64,000 nt of DNA. Origin: a virus. The stretch covers positions 64,001 to 128,000 of the IMG/VR virus record IMGVR_UViG_3300042402_001868; one strand, given 5' to 3'. Position numbers and translations under genes: made by a program. Under the pieces are notes generated by a model that did no database searches, had not been told where the DNA came from, and was given only the letters and a program-made list of their open reading frames with translations. Below, piece by piece: positions 53,266 to 63,057 of the stretch (the stretch's first letter is position 1; every line of letters begins with the position of its first letter).

Positions 53266-53627
53266 CCACGTGCAATGCCTTTAATGAACTTGTCAATATC
53301 CCCATATAATGAATACATTGTAGCTTCTTTACTACCAAATAATAATAACTTTGGTTTCTTGCCAAGAAAAATATAATATGGACAGGTGAGTTTTCTGTCC
53401 AGAGTTAATAACCTTCCTGGTATTGCAGGCATACTAGGTGGCACATCAAACTCATAATGCTCAATTTTTAACGAATCAAAAACAAAAAAGCCTTCGGCGG
53501 TTAACCGTAGGCCTGCATCTTTGTCGGGATTCTTCCACCACTCTTGCATGGCTTCGTCAAGTGTGAGTGCTATATCACTGCGAAGTTGTTCAATCAACTG
53601 CTGAGTTAATGCGATCTTATTGAGCAT
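53262..53627 (-). CDS. Hypothetical phage protein
   Basis: GLRLT..G..LDRK..PYY. Confidence 0.7.
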   Translation of the reverse strand: MLNKIALTQQLIEQLRSDIALTLDEAMQEWWKNPDKDAGLRLTAEGFFVFDSLKIEHYEFDVPPSMPAIPGRLLTLDRKLTCPYYIFLGKKPKLLLFGSKEATMYSLYGDIDKFIKGIARG

Positions 53628-53916
53628 TGGGGAACACACGAGCCCCCTGAGTCAACAGCACCACACTGAACTTGTCAGTTTTAAACTGCGTGTTGAGTTT
53701 GCGAGCCAAGTTAATGGCATGTCCAGGATTGGAGAAACTGACCTTCTTGTACTTTGGGCCAGGATACTGTGTGAGCATGTTTGATGTTTTGAGGTTAATG
53801 GGAGTGTTATCGTAGAAAACTGCCCATACTCCTTCCGACGCTAGCACTTGCTCAGTCTTGTAAGATTGTTTGTTTGTGTGCTCGATTAGCACACTGGGTT
53901 TTGGTCTACTCATCAT
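53617..53916 (-). CDS. Hypothetical phage protein
   Basis: AGGAG RBS; GTAAATA upstream. Confidence 0.75.
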   Translation of the reverse strand: MMSRPKPSVLIEHTNKQSYKTEQVLASEGVWAVFYDNTPINLKTSNMLTQYPGPKYKKVSFSNPGHAINLARKLNTQFKTDKFSVVLLTQGARVFPNAQ

Positions 53917-53954
53917 TAAACTCCTAGTACTATTTACCTAGAAAACTGAGTAGT

Positions 53955-54158
53955 TTAAAATGTGCCACCGGTGATTTCCACCTGAATTTTTTCATCAGTT
54001 TTACCATTTGGTTGTCGTAGTTGTTCTAGCACCAACAACAATTTGGTAATATCTGCGTGTAGATCTTTGGCATCTTTGAGCGGCATAGTAAAATCTTTTT
54101 GCCCCCTAGACTCATGTGCTTTGATACTGTCAACAAATCGATTAATGTGCAAGCTCAT
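53955..54158 (-). CDS. Small hypothetical phage protein
   Basis: ATGA-coupled. Confidence 0.7.
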   Translation of the reverse strand: MSLHINRFVDSIKAHESRGQKDFTMPLKDAKDLHADITKLLLVLEQLRQPNGKTDEKIQVEITGGTF

Positions 54159-54625
54159 ATAGTTGCTTGGGTAGACATGTTGGTATGTTGAACACTTGCT
54201 TCATCTTTAGAGTGGAACGGACCTTGATACTTATAGCGTTCAAGTACAATGAGTTTAGGGTTATGAATAGGTTTCCAGTTGCGATGTTGCTTGACCATGT
54301 ACCATCCGGCTGCAAACCACGATTTGCTTTTGTTATTTTTAGTAAACAAGGGTAGCTTGTGTTTCACATCCCAGATGGGGTTGTATGTTCTGCATCCAGT
54401 ACTATAGCCATGTACTAGGTCTGCCGCAGGCTTGGTTACTTTTTCAGCTGGCTCAAATTCCACATTCTCACGTTTACGCAACATGGGAATGGTCTTGTAT
54501 AATCCAACCTTGTTCTCAATTGTGATTTGATATCCATCGTTAACTGCCTGGATGTTACCAATCTTTTGGTCATCTTTTTTCAAGATCCAATATTCGTTAT
54601 CAACTACTGGTTTGGCGTGTATCAT
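54155..54625 (-). CDS. Hypothetical phage protein
   Basis: AAGGAG RBS; 156 aa. Confidence 0.75.
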   Translation of the reverse strand: MIHAKPVVDNEYWILKKDDQKIGNIQAVNDGYQITIENKVGLYKTIPMLRKRENVEFEPAEKVTKPAADLVHGYSTGCRTYNPIWDVKHKLPLFTKNNKSKSWFAAGWYMVKQHRNWKPIHNPKLIVLERYKYQGPFHSKDEASVQHTNMSTQATI

Positions 54626-55619
54626 TTAATACTCCTTTGTATGTTTCATTGAGCCAACGACTGATTGTATCAGCTTGGTCACTCAGCTTGGTCAGCTCGT
54701 ACCTGCCACAAAACTTCATGAAGTGTGCGCCTACCATGCCCACATCTTTGTGACTAAGTTGTTCACGGATTGCGGCATCTACAGTTGCCTTGACCGCATC
54801 CGGTTGTGCGTTGAGATCGATCAATGTACAGTTACGTTCATAGTCGTCTAACACTCTGTGCTCTTCGCCGTTATGGTCGGTCCAGCGTTGAAGCATCATG
54901 TTGTTCCAAGAATATCCTCGCTTGTCTCTGTCGGCAAAGGCCTCACGGAGACCAACTTTATTCTTTGTCCCTTTTTCACGTACTCCCGGATAAGCAGAGA
55001 AGACATTGTCGGAGGTGTCGCCACGCATGCACTTCTCAAATAGTAGCCAGGCCGGATCCGGGATGGTTTTTGGTTGTTTAGTTTTTTTATCTGTAACAGG
55101 CTTACCCTTGGCATCAAATATACCCTCCAGTGTGATCAGTTCGTCTGTGATACCATTGTATTGTGTGACATTGGGAGCAACCAGTTGCACAAAGTCTGTG
55201 TCTGAACTAACTACCACATGATCGTCTTGGGGGTGTAATGAAATCCAACGTGCAATAATGTCATCTGCTTCGGCTGTTGCGCAACGAATAACACTGCAAT
55301 TGGTTCTGTCTGACAAGTATTTAGTCAGATTGTCATAAGTTTCCCAAAACAGCTTGTCTTCTTCTGCTTCGTCTTCGGTCATCTTACCACGTGCCACAGC
55401 ACGGTTTTTCTTATAGGGCTCATAGTAGTCCTTGCGCCAGCTACGACCTTCCAGTGCGAAGATAACGTGATCTGCTTGAAAACGCTTGGCTACCTTGTTG
55501 GCAGCCATCATTGTGACGTGTAATGCAAACCCCAGTTTAGTCCAAGTATCACTGGCTCTGTGGGCACCGTGACGTGCTCGGAAAAACATGTTGGCTGTGT
55601 CAATAAGTAGGTATTTCAT
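54600..55619 (-). CDS. T4 RNase H-like 5'-3' exonuclease (FEN/PIN fold)
   Basis: LLIDTAN, WRK..YK.NR, EADDIIA, SSDTDFVQL and GDTSDNV. Confidence 0.92.
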   Translation of the reverse strand: MKYLLIDTANMFFRARHGAHRASDTWTKLGFALHVTMMAANKVAKRFQADHVIFALEGRSWRKDYYEPYKKNRAVARGKMTEDEAEEDKLFWETYDNLTKYLSDRTNCSVIRCATAEADDIIARWISLHPQDDHVVVSSDTDFVQLVAPNVTQYNGITDELITLEGIFDAKGKPVTDKKTKQPKTIPDPAWLLFEKCMRGDTSDNVFSAYPGVREKGTKNKVGLREAFADRDKRGYSWNNMMLQRWTDHNGEEHRVLDDYERNCTLIDLNAQPDAVKATVDAAIREQLSHKDVGMVGAHFMKFCGRYELTKLSDQADTISRWLNETYKGVLNDTRQTSS

Positions 55620-56328
55620 TTGGACTCAATAGTTGGTTGCGTTTAATGTATTGTAACACATATTCCGCCCAATAGCAATGGGCATCTGGCCCAAAATGCC
55701 AACTATCCGGATTGACCGTTTTGAATCCGTTACTTCTCAAAACCGAATTGTAGGTCATTTCGGCGGCATACGGGTGCATGTAGCTAGAGCCCCAGGGCTT
55801 TTGGTCTGCAATTCCATCAAAATGGTTGTTGCCGTTAAACATCACGTGCCGTATTTCCTGTGCCTCTAGCTCTCGGTGAAATTCCCAAATTTCATTGTGG
55901 GCACGTTGTCTACATTTTTTCCAATCAACATCAACAACAAATTGTTTGTAGCGTTGTTGTAAAGCTTCTGGAATATCATCAATTCCCGATGCATTAACTT
56001 GAAAGTCGTGACCTTTATACCACCACTCTTCTCGTTCCCAGGTAGTCCATTGGATGACCATAAAACAATCTTTTACTGCATCAGGGTTAGATTTGATCCA
56101 CTCACGTGTGGTACGTATGATGCGTGTGTTTGAACACCCTGCTTGGGCATCCAAGTACAGCACAGCATTTAACCAGTTGGCTAATTCACATCCAAAACTT
56201 GCACGTTCGTTGTCAGGATGCGGTTGTCGTCCTAGACCATAAAACAATCCGTCATCCTGTGCCCAGGCGTGTGGATTTACTGCTTCGGCCGCAGCAGCGT
56301 GACTATCGCCGTTGACATACAAAATCAT
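55600..56328 (-). CDS. SGNH/GDSL-like protein
   Basis: NGDSH, GCSN, QWT..R and WHFG..AH. Confidence 0.65.
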   Translation of the reverse strand: MILYVNGDSHAAAAEAVNPHAWAQDDGLFYGLGRQPHPDNERASFGCELANWLNAVLYLDAQAGCSNTRIIRTTREWIKSNPDAVKDCFMVIQWTTWEREEWWYKGHDFQVNASGIDDIPEALQQRYKQFVVDVDWKKCRQRAHNEIWEFHRELEAQEIRHVMFNGNNHFDGIADQKPWGSSYMHPYAAEMTYNSVLRSNGFKTVNPDSWHFGPDAHCYWAEYVLQYIKRNQLLSPNEIPTY

Positions 56329-56801
56329 TCTTGTTTGAGTGCTTTGATTTTTTCTGCTTCTGCAACTCGCTTGCGCAAACTGCTAGAACTAAACGAATGA
56401 TCACGTCTATTAAATATCACCTGTATACCGCGACCAGCACCCTCATTACGTCCGGTAAAGTTCTTGTCCTCATACTCTGTGCCTAAAATGCGCACATCCA
56501 ATGGAAGTATTAACAACAGGTCAATCAAGTCTTGTTCAGTTTGATAAACTACAACTTCATCAACATAACGACAAGCCGCAAGTTGAATTTGTCGTTCTAC
56601 TATGCTTTGAATAGGATGATTTTTAGTATCAGGCCTATCAATAGTTGGATCAGTTTGTAATCCGCATATTAGATAATCACAATGATTCCTTGCTTCACTT
56701 AACATAGCCACATGACCTGCGTGTAGCATATCAAATGTGCTGAAGGTAATGCCAATCTTTTTACCTTGTAGTTTTAATTCTTTAATGTGATTGAAAATCA
56801 T
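56325..56801 (-). CDS. Cytidylyltransferase (TagD-like)
   Basis: FDMLHAGH, ER..L..CRYVDEV and SSSSLR. Confidence 0.88.
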   Translation of the reverse strand: MIFNHIKELKLQGKKIGITFSTFDMLHAGHVAMLSEARNHCDYLICGLQTDPTIDRPDTKNHPIQSIVERQIQLAACRYVDEVVVYQTEQDLIDLLLILPLDVRILGTEYEDKNFTGRNEGAGRGIQVIFNRRDHSFSSSSLRKRVAEAEKIKALKQE

Positions 56802-57199
56802 GATACTTCACTCCTGCCATTGCCAATATCTTTACTCTGTACCCAGATACCCGAGTTCTTGATTGCTTGTTCTTGTTCCCATGTTTCCATCACAACATGT
56901 CTGCATACATTCTGGAACCATTGATCCACAATGTCAGCATCAACCTTGCCTTGATAGCCTGCCTTGATTAGTCTAGCAACAAAGATTTCGTTCCAGTCAA
57001 GTTCGAATGCACCTTGATGCAAATTGTCAAGATCTACGTCCATTCCTAACACAGCCACATAAGGCTCACCTGCTTCGGTAGCAATTTGCTTGGCAGTTTT
57101 TTCAGGAACCTTGGCCTTGGGCACAGACACCTTGGGTGCTACCTCTATAGGCTTCTCTACCTTCTTGGGTTTTAAAAATCTATCAAATATTCCCATCAT
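56798..57199 (-). CDS. Hypothetical phage protein
   Basis: ATEAGEPYV..FELDWN..WF; start at the ATGA overlap. Confidence 0.75.
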   Translation of the reverse strand: MMGIFDRFLKPKKVEKPIEVAPKVSVPKAKVPEKTAKQIATEAGEPYVAVLGMDVDLDNLHQGAFELDWNEIFVARLIKAGYQGKVDADIVDQWFQNVCRHVVMETWEQEQAIKNSGIWVQSKDIGNGRSEVS

Positions 57200-58050
57200 T
57201 TGCCCCAGCCATTGCCCCAAAGATCAACGTGCAACCTTGGAGTATAATAATAACCACGTGCTAATGCCCAGTCTGCAACGTTCACACGATTCTCTGCGTA
57301 TGGTGCAACAACACCACCTTGTGGCATCACATACACCACGCCTGTAAATCCTGCCGCACGATACGCAGTCACAGCACGATCCACTTCTTCAAAGTGTACT
57401 TCACTGTCAATCACAAACTTAAGATACACTGTGCCTACCTCTTGATATTCTGCCACAACCTCAGGCTTGATGGCCTCGTCCCATACTTCACCGCTGGCAC
57501 TCAGTTTAGGGCTCACGCTAAATGTAAGTTCATTGTGTCCAGCCAGCCACTCGTTGAGATATGTTTTAAATTTAGACTGTAGTTTTTGAGTGCCATTGGT
57601 TTCAAAGGTGACATTCTTGATACCACGCATGTGATCATGATCAAACAAGTCTTGATATGTGCGTTGCCAACCCAACAACGGCTCGCCACCTGTGATCACA
57701 AGATGTGTGTCATTGCCTGTGCGATTGGTCCACTTGCGATCCGGGATCAAGTCTAGCATCTTGTCTACCAATGCATCAATCTCGTATGTGGGACTGAGTT
57801 CTTTAAAGTCTGGGTGCCAACTGGCATAGCTGTCACACCCAGTGTTCACTAGTGGTAGTTCCTCAAATGTTTTGTACAAGTGTACAGACTTAGCAACTTC
57901 GTCTGCTTCGGTTGACTTCTCTCCAGGCTTGCAACCAAATCCAGCACAAGTAAAGTTGCAACCAAATGTTCTTAAGAACACTGACGGAACGCCAATAAAT
58001 CGTCCTTCGCCTTGTGCGGAATAAAATAGTTCTGATACTTTGAGTTTCAT
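57196..58050 (-). CDS. queE: 7-carboxy-7-deazaguanine synthase (radical SAM)
   Basis: ELFYSAQGEG..GVPSVFLRTFGCNFTC..GCDS, TGGEP, ETNGT, SPKL and RLH. Confidence 0.92.
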   Translation of the reverse strand: MKLKVSELFYSAQGEGRFIGVPSVFLRTFGCNFTCAGFGCKPGEKSTEADEVAKSVHLYKTFEELPLVNTGCDSYASWHPDFKELSPTYEIDALVDKMLDLIPDRKWTNRTGNDTHLVITGGEPLLGWQRTYQDLFDHDHMRGIKNVTFETNGTQKLQSKFKTYLNEWLAGHNELTFSVSPKLSASGEVWDEAIKPEVVAEYQEVGTVYLKFVIDSEVHFEEVDRAVTAYRAAGFTGVVYVMPQGGVVAPYAENRVNVADWALARGYYYTPRLHVDLWGNGWGK

Positions 58051-58051
58051 A

Positions 58052-58783
58052 TTATAATCTCGTAATCTCTGGTCGTTTTAAAAATTTGTGTATGATGTTG
58101 GGATCTTCTGTCTCTTCTACTACTTTAACACGAATATCTGTGTTTGTCACCCAACCTGGCAAAACCCAATCCAGATAGGCCAAGTGCTCCACTGGTGTAG
58201 GGTGCGGATCTTTTAATCCGGTGCCCCAGTTGTGCAACTTCCAACCATTGTTTCTATCTTCGGCAAGTACAGTTTCATAGTAACTGGGTTTGATAGTATT
58301 TAGAACAGAGCTATATAACTCTTGAATATCGGGCTCACTCATAGAATGATTAGGATCGTATTGATCAGGGTACACCAATGGGCACATGCTTAAGAATTCA
58401 AATTTTACTCCGGGGATGTTTTGCAAAAAAGACTGGGTAGATTTAATACATGCCAAGTCTCGAATCAAACTACCACGCTCAGTTACATATTTTCGAACAT
58501 AAGCATCGTCATAGAATTTACAAGTGGTAATGTTTCCATGAGTTTGCCATCCTGTGGTATAACGATCTTCTCGCATGATGTTGGTCCAACACACTATGAC
58601 TGTGTCACCTGGACCAAACTTATGACGTTGATCTGCTTCCATGACGGAATTGAAGATAAACTGATTGCCCCCGCCACTTTGTCCCCAATTTTGATATTCG
58701 TCGTAGTGTACTGCCAAGATGTCAGCCCAGGTGCTCCATCTATAGTGGGTGAAACTACAACCAAATGCAAATAGTCTACTCAA
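58052..58783 (-). CDS. SGNH/GDSL-like protein
   Basis: FGCSFT, SGGGN, WT..RED and DPHP..H. Confidence 0.65.
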   Translation of the reverse strand: MSRLFAFGCSFTHYRWSTWADILAVHYDEYQNWGQSGGGNQFIFNSVMEADQRHKFGPGDTVIVCWTNIMREDRYTTGWQTHGNITTCKFYDDAYVRKYVTERGSLIRDLACIKSTQSFLQNIPGVKFEFLSMCPLVYPDQYDPNHSMSEPDIQELYSSVLNTIKPSYYETVLAEDRNNGWKLHNWGTGLKDPHPTPVEHLAYLDWVLPGWVTNTDIRVKVVEETEDPNIIHKFLKRPEITRL

Positions 58784-59565
58784 ACTTTGCGAGCCTTAAC
58801 TAACAAATGCCAACCTAGATATTCACGTACTGCCTGGCGATGTGAATCTGTCATGGCTTCAAACCAAGGTTCTAGTTCGTAACGTCCTGCTTTGTATGCA
58901 TCTACGTTGTACATGAAACAATGATCTTGACGCAGACGTTCAACATACCAACCATTGTCACTGTTCATCATCTGATGAATTTCATCCTTGGAGAATGCTT
59001 GTGCATATGGACAACCTGCTTGTGCTTCAAATTGATCAAGACCTTTCTGGATCATGGCATACTTCCAGGAGTTCTTGGCATATACCATGTAGCGGAATTC
59101 ACCACCATGCTTGACTACCTCATGTACATTGTCAATAATTTTGTTAATGCCCGGAAAGTGATGTATCACACCATAACTGTACACAAGATCAAACTCACCT
59201 AACGTAGCCAATGCGTAAGCATCAGTTGCATCTACATTGTAAAACTCACCTTCGAGGCCTAGTGTTTCAAAACGTTGTTTGCTCAATGCGATACTTTGAT
59301 CGCTTAGGTCAATGCCCACATACTCTGCACCGTGCTTGGCAAACTCCTCGGCATCAGATCCAATACCGCAACCAATTTCCAACACACGTTTACCAGCCCA
59401 CAGGTGGAATCCTGCAAACTCAGCAATGTGTGGCTCCACACGATAGCGTCGCTCGCTTACTTCTCGGAAGAAAGCAGGCGTGCCAACATCGCTGGTACCG
59501 TGTTTGATATTACACGGTTGTGTGTTCCAATAACGTTTGATACGTTCTTCAAGGCTTTGCGACAT
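58780..59565 (-). CDS. Class I SAM-dependent methyltransferase
   Basis: VLEIGCGIG, GIDLS and FDLVYSYGVIHH. Confidence 0.92.
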   Translation of the reverse strand: MSQSLEERIKRYWNTQPCNIKHGTSDVGTPAFFREVSERRYRVEPHIAEFAGFHLWAGKRVLEIGCGIGSDAEEFAKHGAEYVGIDLSDQSIALSKQRFETLGLEGEFYNVDATDAYALATLGEFDLVYSYGVIHHFPGINKIIDNVHEVVKHGGEFRYMVYAKNSWKYAMIQKGLDQFEAQAGCPYAQAFSKDEIHQMMNSDNGWYVERLRQDHCFMYNVDAYKAGRYELEPWFEAMTDSHRQAVREYLGWHLLVKARKV

Positions 59566-60409
59566 CTTTTGTTTCCTGAAAGTGTGTGTGCGGATTCTTA
59601 AACTGCACCATTTGTTTGTTTACATCGTTCTTGGCCAGTTTCTCCCACGGGTCTTGAGTGCCGTTGAATATGTTGGCAAAGAAGCTCATGTCATGCCCAC
59701 GTTCGTTTTGCAAGTAGGTGGCAATCTTGGCACAGTCATTATGGCGTAATGCCATTTGTTGTACACTATGAAAGTCTCTTGAATCTTTGGGATTGCCTTC
59801 TAACATGGGACGATTCTGGAATGTTTCATCGTTGTTGTTGCCGGTAAGATCATGACGATCGTGCAACACATCTACTTCGATACGTTCCCAAATATCCAAC
59901 ATGTATGCCTGTTGGCTTAGCCATGCATCACTAATTTGATGCGGGCTCAGATAGCCCAACAAGTCTAACCACTTGCGAGGAACAATGGGAAAGATACTGT
60001 ATGGATGATCATGATGCGTGTGGAATGCAAGTAGTTTAAACTCACCCTCGTGCTTCATGATTTCTTTGTCCCAATCTTGGGTTTCCATCACAGCATCATC
60101 ATTCCAAAATACCAACCAACGTGCGTCGCTATTACGTGCAAGCTCATTAACATATTCATTGAGTCGAATGTATCCCAACGGAGCAAAACTCATAGCAGTA
60201 TAGTTAATCTCTTGTGCATCTAGCCAAGGTTGCAACTCTTCTTCAAAGTGCTTGGTGCCAATCTCATCGTCATTGTCAAATCCAAACATAAGTTGAACTC
60301 GACTGGCATCCGATGCCAGTTCAATCACGCTTTTTACACTGCGTTCTAGCGAGTCGGATCGCCCACGAGTGGGCAACAAGATTGCAATATCAAATTCTGG
60401 TGTGCTCAT
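59549..60409 (-). CDS. GT2-like (GT-A) glycosyltransferase
   Basis: ILLPTRGR, DNDD, WNDD and SDAW. Confidence 0.8.
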   Translation of the reverse strand: MSTPEFDIAILLPTRGRSDSLERSVKSVIELASDASRVQLMFGFDNDDEIGTKHFEEELQPWLDAQEINYTAMSFAPLGYIRLNEYVNELARNSDARWLVFWNDDAVMETQDWDKEIMKHEGEFKLLAFHTHHDHPYSIFPIVPRKWLDLLGYLSPHQISDAWLSQQAYMLDIWERIEVDVLHDRHDLTGNNNDETFQNRPMLEGNPKDSRDFHSVQQMALRHNDCAKIATYLQNERGHDMSFFANIFNGTQDPWEKLAKNDVNKQMVQFKNPHTHFQETKDVAKP

Positions 60410-60960
60410 GCAAATAAGTCCTCATTCCATTCTCTATGGCCTTCTCTAAAAGCCATGTTTGCTTGTGTTTCACGTACTTCCACTCGGTAGCACCACAGGC
60501 GTTGTGCTTCACCCTCGCCCCAAAAGTCTGGAATGTAAACACCGTTCACATACTTGTACAGCATGTCAGCAAGTGATTCACATCCTACTCTGGGCAAGAT
60601 TGTGAGTTTGGCCAGTTTGCGACGTTCCATCTCTTTATAGAACTCGAGTTCTGGATCGTCGGCACTGACCAAGGTTGTGTGATCAAACTGATCTTCTAAA
60701 ATCTTTTTAAGTTCTTTAAGACCGCCATAGTCAGCGGCCCAGTTGCGAACATCAAGGTCGTTGGTACCAAAGTAAAACTTCATACTAAACGAGTAACCAT
60801 GATTCAAGTTACAATGACTATCGGCTCTCCACTGTCGGTAGGCACACGGAAATGCGTCAATGTACTCTTTGGTACTGGTAAATTTGTATTGTACAGGCCC
60901 GCGATACGGAAGATTTTGCTCCATGTGATTAATTAGATCCTGAGTTGATGATATTGCCAT
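60406..60960 (-). CDS. queD: 6-carboxytetrahydropterin synthase
   Basis: HC..NHGY, DYGGLK..FDH, GCE and EVRET. Confidence 0.88.
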   Translation of the reverse strand: MAISSTQDLINHMEQNLPYRGPVQYKFTSTKEYIDAFPCAYRQWRADSHCNLNHGYSFSMKFYFGTNDLDVRNWAADYGGLKELKKILEDQFDHTTLVSADDPELEFYKEMERRKLAKLTILPRVGCESLADMLYKYVNGVYIPDFWGEGEAQRLWCYRVEVRETQANMAFREGHREWNEDLFA

Positions 60961-60965
60961 TATTA

Positions 60966-61035
60966 TTCTCCTATGTTAAATTTTAGCATAGGCTTGCAGA
61001 ATTTATATAGCGGGATGAATGCTCTAAAGGCCGCT
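60966..61035 (-). promoter_or_regulatory. Candidate riboswitch-like leader of queD
   Basis: AGCGG/CCGCT stem with an A-rich tail, then a CCTATG/CATAGG hairpin overlapping the AGGAG SD. Confidence 0.45.
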
Positions 61036-61046
61036 GAGATCATTAC

Positions 61047-61448
61047 TTATGCTGGTTTGGTGTAACCACTGGCTTTATAATTAGCTTGTCCGTGTATAAC
61101 GCCTCGAACACCGCCAATGGGATTGGAGCAGTCACCTACCTTGCGTGGAATCAAATGCACATGCGGATACATCACAGTCTGGCCTGCGGCCTCGCCGCAG
61201 TTGACGCCTACATTGTAGGCTTCCCATTCGCCAGTTACTACTTTTTCATATCCAAAACGGAAAGCATATTTCATTGCTTCTTCAATGATCACATTCTTGT
61301 TCCAACGTGGCACAAATAGCAAGTGTCCTATTGTAACTGGGTAAGCATCACGGAATACTGCCACATGATAGTCTGAGTGTTCTGTGGCCTCATCTGACCA
61401 TGGTGCGGCACCTGCGGCCGCTGCCTCTTCTAATGTTTCGTATCTCAT
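61047..61448 (-). CDS. HIT family nucleotide hydrolase
   Basis: DAYPV..GH.L.VP, N.G.AAGQTV.YPHVHLIPR. Confidence 0.9.
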   Translation of the reverse strand: MRYETLEEAAAAGAAPWSDEATEHSDYHVAVFRDAYPVTIGHLLFVPRWNKNVIIEEAMKYAFRFGYEKVVTGEWEAYNVGVNCGEAAGQTVMYPHVHLIPRKVGDCSNPIGGVRGVIHGQANYKASGYTKPA

Positions 61449-61494
61449 AGTTTAATTAATTAAGTAATGTTGTGAATAGGAATAGAAGCAACTC

Positions 61495-62163
61495 TTAAAG
61501 ATTGCTAACAAACGATTGTATGTTATTTGCTATTTCTTTTGCAAATAATTGATTGCCTTTTTTGTTAGGATGCACTCCTCGCCAGACACCTAACAGTTCC
61601 AATTGTGTCCACACTCTAAGAGTATCAGCGGTTTTATTGATCATATCTTTGTTGGGACGAGAATTTTTAAATTCGTACATGGCATACCGATGCGCAACCT
61701 CAGCTCCCCATCCGTGCTCAAGATCAATACCAACCTGACTGGTTAAAAATTTCTGCCAACTTGGATGGATCACAGTAATATTGTTATAGTGGTCACAATC
61801 AACTATATCACTATGGCCGCCAATAAGTCCAACCGGACAATTTAGCCGATTAATCATGTCAAGCGTATCAGAATTGATGTTATTTCTTAGATCCCAAAAA
61901 TTAGGAGATTCTATCAACTCCTTTTTGTTTTCGTGCAGTACATCTAGAATAGGTTCGCAGTAGACCCACAGTATGGCATCAAACGAAGATTTATAACTGT
62001 TTATGCAATCTAGACACTGCATGTTGCTCCAGCCACGTTGTGATAAATTTACTGCATCAAGATTAAGTTCCTGCAACAAGTTAGTGTAGTTAGATTCGGA
62101 CCCCTCAACCGTGTCATAACTTCTAAACGCCCAGCTCGGGCCAATGTACAAAATATTCTTCAT
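61495..62163 (-). CDS. SGNH/GDSL-like protein
   Basis: IGPSW, NLSQRGWSN and VHPN..G. Confidence 0.55.
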   Translation of the reverse strand: MKNILYIGPSWAFRSYDTVEGSESNYTNLLQELNLDAVNLSQRGWSNMQCLDCINSYKSSFDAILWVYCEPILDVLHENKKELIESPNFWDLRNNINSDTLDMINRLNCPVGLIGGHSDIVDCDHYNNITVIHPSWQKFLTSQVGIDLEHGWGAEVAHRYAMYEFKNSRPNKDMINKTADTLRVWTQLELLGVWRGVHPNKKGNQLFAKEIANNIQSFVSNL

Positions 62164-62173
62164 TTAAATTAGA

Positions 62174-62989
62174 TTACCTTGGGGCAAACTCCTGTTGTAA
62201 TTTAATGTTGTCAAAGAACTCTTTCTTCACTGACGGATCAGTCTTAAATGCACCTTTTAACACAGTAGTCTGTGTCAACGAACTATGTGCCATAATACCT
62301 CGATTCTCACAGCAACCGTGAGTGGCCTGAATGTACACTGCTACGTTTTCGGAGTCAGTAGCCTTACTAATCTCACGGGCAATGTCGTTACAAAGTTCCT
62401 CCTGGAGAGTTCCTCGACGGGCACACCATTGAGCGATTCGAGTATACTTACTAAGACCAATAAGAGTATTAGCGGCAATAATGCCAATATAAGCAACGCC
62501 AGCCACAGGTTGGTGATGATGACTACACATAGACCGCAACTCACTACGTACAACAAGCATACCCTCATAGCGATCCGCCGAATCATTTGGGAACGCTGTG
62601 GCGTCAGGTCCTGGTTCATATCTGCCTTCCATAATTTCGTTAAAGTACATCTTGGCCAGTCGCCGTGCTGTGCCATGCGAGTTTGGATCGTTCTCACGAT
62701 CAATTAACAATCGATCAAGCACTAGTTCAAATGCTTCTGTGGCTTCGTCGATCAGTTGCTCTTTGTTATGGTCGTTAACATATTCACTAATGTTATCGCC
62801 TGCCCAGAATCTTTTGCCGTCACGTTGCATTTTTGCGCGAAGATAGTTTCCAAGATACTTTTCTTCTTCATAGCCCTTGTCGCTCATGTTCTCGCTGGCT
62901 TTTTCAATTGCGCTTTGATGAGCGTGGGGGATAAATTTGTTTTTTGAGTCCGAATGGATAATTGTGTCAGGTATAAAGTTTTTTGTCAA
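62174..62989 (-). CDS. folE: GTP cyclohydrolase I
   Basis: TARRLAKMY, SMCSHH, GLSKY.R, LQEEL and HGCCENRG. Confidence 0.96.
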   Translation of the reverse strand: MTKNFIPDTIIHSDSKNKFIPHAHQSAIEKASENMSDKGYEEEKYLGNYLRAKMQRDGKRFWAGDNISEYVNDHNKEQLIDEATEAFELVLDRLLIDRENDPNSHGTARRLAKMYFNEIMEGRYEPGPDATAFPNDSADRYEGMLVVRSELRSMCSHHHQPVAGVAYIGIIAANTLIGLSKYTRIAQWCARRGTLQEELCNDIAREISKATDSENVAVYIQATHGCCENRGIMAHSSLTQTTVLKGAFKTDPSVKKEFFDNIKLQQEFAPR

Positions 62990-63028
62990 TTTGTTTCTCC
63001 GAGTTAATGACGTGGATGTCTTTGTGCT

Positions 63029-63057
63029 ATTGTAATGTATTTAGATCGAGATGTCAA
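63029..63057 (-). promoter_or_regulatory. sigma70-type promoter upstream of folE
   Basis: TTGACA-N17-TACAAT. Confidence 0.7.
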
